Source of the DNA: a virus
Lineage: Duplodnaviria; Caudoviricetes
Direction: 5' to 3' (one strand)
DNA: 60,828 nt
Virus record (IMG/VR): IMGVR_UViG_3300035670_000220
Location: 1 to 60,828 of that record
Below the pieces are notes generated by a model that did not search any database, was not told where the DNA came from, and saw only the letters and a program-made list of their open reading frames with translations. Shown in pieces: positions 58,324-60,828 of the stretch (its first letter is position 1; every line of letters starts with the position of its first letter). Both the position numbers and the translations under genes were made by a program.

Positions 58324-58344
58324 TTTTCCGGGGTCCCGTTCCGT

Positions 58345-58590
58345 TTAAAGCCGAGGCGGTTGAGCCGGGAAGTTGATGGCGTCGTCGTCCAGAAGTTGTT
58401 GGGTGATGGTTTGGGGGATTCGGTCACCTTTGCGTTCGTGCGCTGCTAGGTGGTCAAGCATCTCCTGAGTTGACTCTGGGTGATACACCGCTTCGAGCAT
58501 GTCGCCAAAGCTGCAAAGAGAGCAAGCAAGCTTTCCAGTGCTGAGCCTGACAACATAAACGTCGTACTCAGGCATTCGAGAGTAAATCAT
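58345..58590 (-). CDS. Hypothetical protein with CxxC...HxxxH (Zn-finger-like)
   Basis: GGAGG SD before ATG 58590; CSLC and HLAAH. Confidence 0.7.
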   Translation of the reverse strand: MIYSRMPEYDVYVVRLSTGKLACSLCSFGDMLEAVYHPESTQEMLDHLAAHERKGDRIPQTITQQLLDDDAINFPAQPPRL

Positions 58591-58672
58591 TATTCCTCCG
58601 TCTTTTTGTACTTGTCGGCATAATACTACGCAATACCTGTACAAATCAACGGTTCATGCGTATTATCAAAGT

Positions 58673-58945
58673 ATGACTGAAATTGTTTCCTTTGAAATAA
58701 AGGATGAAGAGTGGGCCTCTGAACTTCAGAATGGCCTAGAGCTATACATGGACACCCTCCATGAAACCCTCGACGCAACGATGGATGACCCAGAGTGGGA
58801 CTTCCAGACTGAGAGCGAGCTTCCCTACTGTGGATGCCATACCTGTGAATACAGAGAGATTCTTTCCTATGTAACCCCGAGAATAATTAAAGGTTATTTG
58901 GCAGGAAAAGTGGGGATGATTGTCAACGGACAACCAGTCAATTAA
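58673..58945 (+). CDS. Hypothetical protein (CGCHTC motif)
   Basis: Leaderless TATTAT-N6-ATG; PYCGCHTCEYRE. Confidence 0.7.
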   Translation: MTEIVSFEIKDEEWASELQNGLELYMDTLHETLDATMDDPEWDFQTESELPYCGCHTCEYREILSYVTPRIIKGYLAGKVGMIVNGQPVN

Positions 58946-59292
58946 TCTTCTTTGTTTTTAGAAAGAGCATTGATGAAATCTATTTGCTCGTCTGTTAGGT
59001 CTTTGTAAACCTTTTTAAGCTCTGCGTAGTTTGCTGGAGTCACCATAATGGACTCTGAGTCTTCGGTGAAATTAATGCTAATAACTCCCATTTGCCAAAG
59101 CTCATTAGCAGTTTGATTGATGTCTGCTTGATGCATTGCGTAAAACTCTGGAAACAGATTTTTACATTTTTCTGTAACCCTATATACAGGTTCTCCTGAA
59201 TCGTCGTACCGAAGCAGGACCAAACACTCTTCTTCAATCAATAACCGAAAAACTTCGGCTACTACCCGCTCTTCTTCTTCTGGGGAAAGCAA
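58942..59292 (-). CDS. Hypothetical protein
   Basis: TTG start 2 nt after the upstream stop, GAGG SD. Confidence 0.65.
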   Translation of the reverse strand: MLSPEEEERVVAEVFRLLIEEECLVLLRYDDSGEPVYRVTEKCKNLFPEFYAMHQADINQTANELWQMGVISINFTEDSESIMVTPANYAELKKVYKDLTDEQIDFINALSKNKED

Positions 59293-59294
59293 AA

Positions 59295-59564
59295 CTAATC
59301 CTCGTCCTCTTCATCGTCCTCGTCGTCGTCGTCCGCTGGCATAAAGACGATTTGGCCTTCTTCTTGCGCTTCGGCAATTAAATAGGCGACCAAACGAAGA
59401 GCTTGATGTTCTAAAAATCCAGCTTTCATAAGAGATAAGAAGACTTCATGCATTTGAGCAGCGTCTTCATCTAACGGGCTAGTCCCTACAGCAGCTTCAA
59501 AAGCTTCTGCATCGAACTCTGGTTCGGACGGCTTCTTATCTTGCCCGTCTTCGCTGGCACTCAT
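59295..59564 (-). CDS. Acidic hypothetical protein
   Basis: SPLDEDAAQMHEVF.SL..AGF...AL motif and poly-D/E tail; leaderless start. Confidence 0.7.
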   Translation of the reverse strand: MSASEDGQDKKPSEPEFDAEAFEAAVGTSPLDEDAAQMHEVFLSLMKAGFLEHQALRLVAYLIAEAQEEGQIVFMPADDDDEDDEEDED

Positions 59565-59589
59565 GTAAATAGTTTAGACGTTAAGAGTC

Positions 59590-60675
59590 TTACTCATTAA
59601 GTCCGATGTACTCGTGTGAGTAAGACCATCTATTTGGATTGAGTTGCCACCTGCTGTTTTCCCTCACCACACGCCCATCTTTTCTTTTCATGTGATTTTT
59701 AGACGTTGGTTTCCACAACGGAGAACTGTCCCGATATTCCCCCAAACGTGGGTGAGATGTCTTTGAGAAATATCTCTTTCCGTTGTCGATGTAATGCTGA
59801 GCAACAACTTCAGAAAGCCGAGGTCCCATTCCGAAACCCTGATAATCGGGATGAATCACCAATCGATGTTCACGCCAAGCGTTTTTGACCGTTCCAGATG
59901 GGTAGGTCATGGCTGCTACAAAGCCAACTAGCTGTCCTTCCCAGATAGCCATGTAGCTGTGTGAGGCTTTATTGAGCTTCTCGGAGAGATAGTGGTATGA
60001 AGCGAAGTAGTCCCAAACGCTGTTTTCGGCAGCATGTATTTCGAGTACCAGTTCAGGTCGTTGAAGATACCTCCCGTTAGTCCACTCACCACGGTCGGTG
60101 TCGATAATCCAATCAGGTTCCAAAAACTCAATGATGTCGCGGTGGCAGGTTGCGAGAACAACGTTCTTTATGTCGTTGCGTCGAATGTACCGAGACATAG
60201 ATGTCGAAGCAGCCTTAGCGACGTTTCGGTCTACAACAGAAGTGAACTCATCAATGACGCAGTTGTTTTGAAGTTGTCGCGCTAGGTCAGCTCGAAACTT
60301 TTGACCAGTAGAGAGAACGTGATAAGGCTTCACCCACTCTGGAACAGACATAAGCCCAGCAGCAGCAAACCTTTCGCTTGCATCGACAGGACTGTCAAAG
60401 TGTGAGGCAATGGAGCGATTTGAGTCCCAATTTGGGACTACAGGAGTTCCGAAGTTTTTTAGAAGTGTTGACTTGCCAGTTCCAGATGCTCCGACAATCA
60501 CGCCGAGAGAAAAGTTCTTGTGGGGGAGACGGAGTGGGAGAAGATAGGGATAGAACTTCTCTGTTCCATCTGAGTCATGGTCAAACGGTCGAATTAGGTC
60601 TTCCGTAATTTCGTCCATCACAACGGTCGATGTAAGGGGGAACAACGACCTGTCTAGCTTTTCCCACTCTGTCAT
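59590..60675 (-). CDS. ABC-type ATPase fused to a Mom-like GNAT acetyltransferase
   Basis: GASGTGKS, LSTGQ signature, IDEF, TCH; then YHYLS and RLVIHPDYQGFGMG (acyl-CoA binding motif A). Confidence 0.85.
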   Translation of the reverse strand: MTEWEKLDRSLFPLTSTVVMDEITEDLIRPFDHDSDGTEKFYPYLLPLRLPHKNFSLGVIVGASGTGKSTLLKNFGTPVVPNWDSNRSIASHFDSPVDASERFAAAGLMSVPEWVKPYHVLSTGQKFRADLARQLQNNCVIDEFTSVVDRNVAKAASTSMSRYIRRNDIKNVVLATCHRDIIEFLEPDWIIDTDRGEWTNGRYLQRPELVLEIHAAENSVWDYFASYHYLSEKLNKASHSYMAIWEGQLVGFVAAMTYPSGTVKNAWREHRLVIHPDYQGFGMGPRLSEVVAQHYIDNGKRYFSKTSHPRLGEYRDSSPLWKPTSKNHMKRKDGRVVRENSRWQLNPNRWSYSHEYIGLNE

Positions 60676-60712
60676 AGCACCAGGCTAACAGAATGTTGTA
60701 GAAAAGTCCAGG

Positions 60713-60828
60713 CTATTTGTTGGGATTTGGAATACGAACTAGACGCTTTTTCTCAAGGTCATAAACCTTGATGAACTTCTTATACGCCTTACCGCAAGCG
60801 CGGTTGGAGTTGGTGCCACCAGAGCTCT
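60713..60828 (-). CDS. 3' end of a small basic protein (truncated by the window edge)
   Basis: Open frame ...SSGGTNSNRACGKAYKKFIKVYDLEKKRLVRIPNPNK*. Confidence 0.45.
   Translation of the reverse strand, partial: SSGGTNSNRACGKAYKKFIKVYDLEKKRLVRIPNPNK

Larger units (their letters stand above)
55068..58344 (-). repeat. Six dispersed copies of a 23-24 bp motif (ACGGAA-N8-CGGAAAA(A)T(G/C))
   Basis: Copies at 55068-55090, 55228-55251, 55370-55393, 55881-55903, 56906-56929 and 58322-58344, all in the same orientation. Confidence 0.9.

Noticed and set aside
55068-58344. Six-copy repeat as a CRISPR or mini-array
   Set aside because: Spacing is irregular (about 120 bp to 1.4 kb) with whole genes between copies, and there is no cas operon.

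Overview
A 60.8-kb internal fragment of a tailed dsDNA bacteriophage genome, siphovirus-like from its tape measure/Dit/Tal order. The host is most likely an actinobacterium: there are two WhiB genes, many TANNNT-N6-start leaderless promoters and actinophage-type genes. The moderate GC seen by eye suggests a small-genome freshwater lineage (inference). Layout: (1) 1-8.9 kb, + strand, tail genes (partial tape measure, Dit-like and Tal-like proteins with inserted beta-repeats, tail fibre with S74 chaperone). (2) 9-19.5 kb, + strand, replication/recombination/regulation (PolA, deaminase, RuvC-like, SNF2 helicase, PD-(D/E)XK nuclease, Sak4-like ATPase, DUF669 SSB, putative DNA glycosyltransferase, two WhiB). 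(3) 19.5-47 kb, - strand, a block of six Gly-Pro-Thr collagen-like proteins, two giant glycine-rich virion proteins and a beta-propeller, with an S8 protease, a methyltransferase and a GT2-TPR glycosyltransferase; this is a candidate glycosylated fibre-coat system. (4) A primase-helicase converging on a relocated terminase large subunit. (5) 51-60.8 kb, accessory genes: serine resolvase, ThyX, cytidylyltransferase, pyruvyl-transferase-like protein and an ABC-ATPase/Mom-like GNAT fusion. The least expected signals are non-coding: a tRNA-Trp-like element with a broken acceptor stem, three structured RNA candidates (52.1-52.3, 55.9-56.1 and 56.17-56.26 kb; two with their own promoter elements) and a six-copy CGGAA-N8-CGGAA motif. 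All calls come from reading sequence and motifs by eye; no searches were run.
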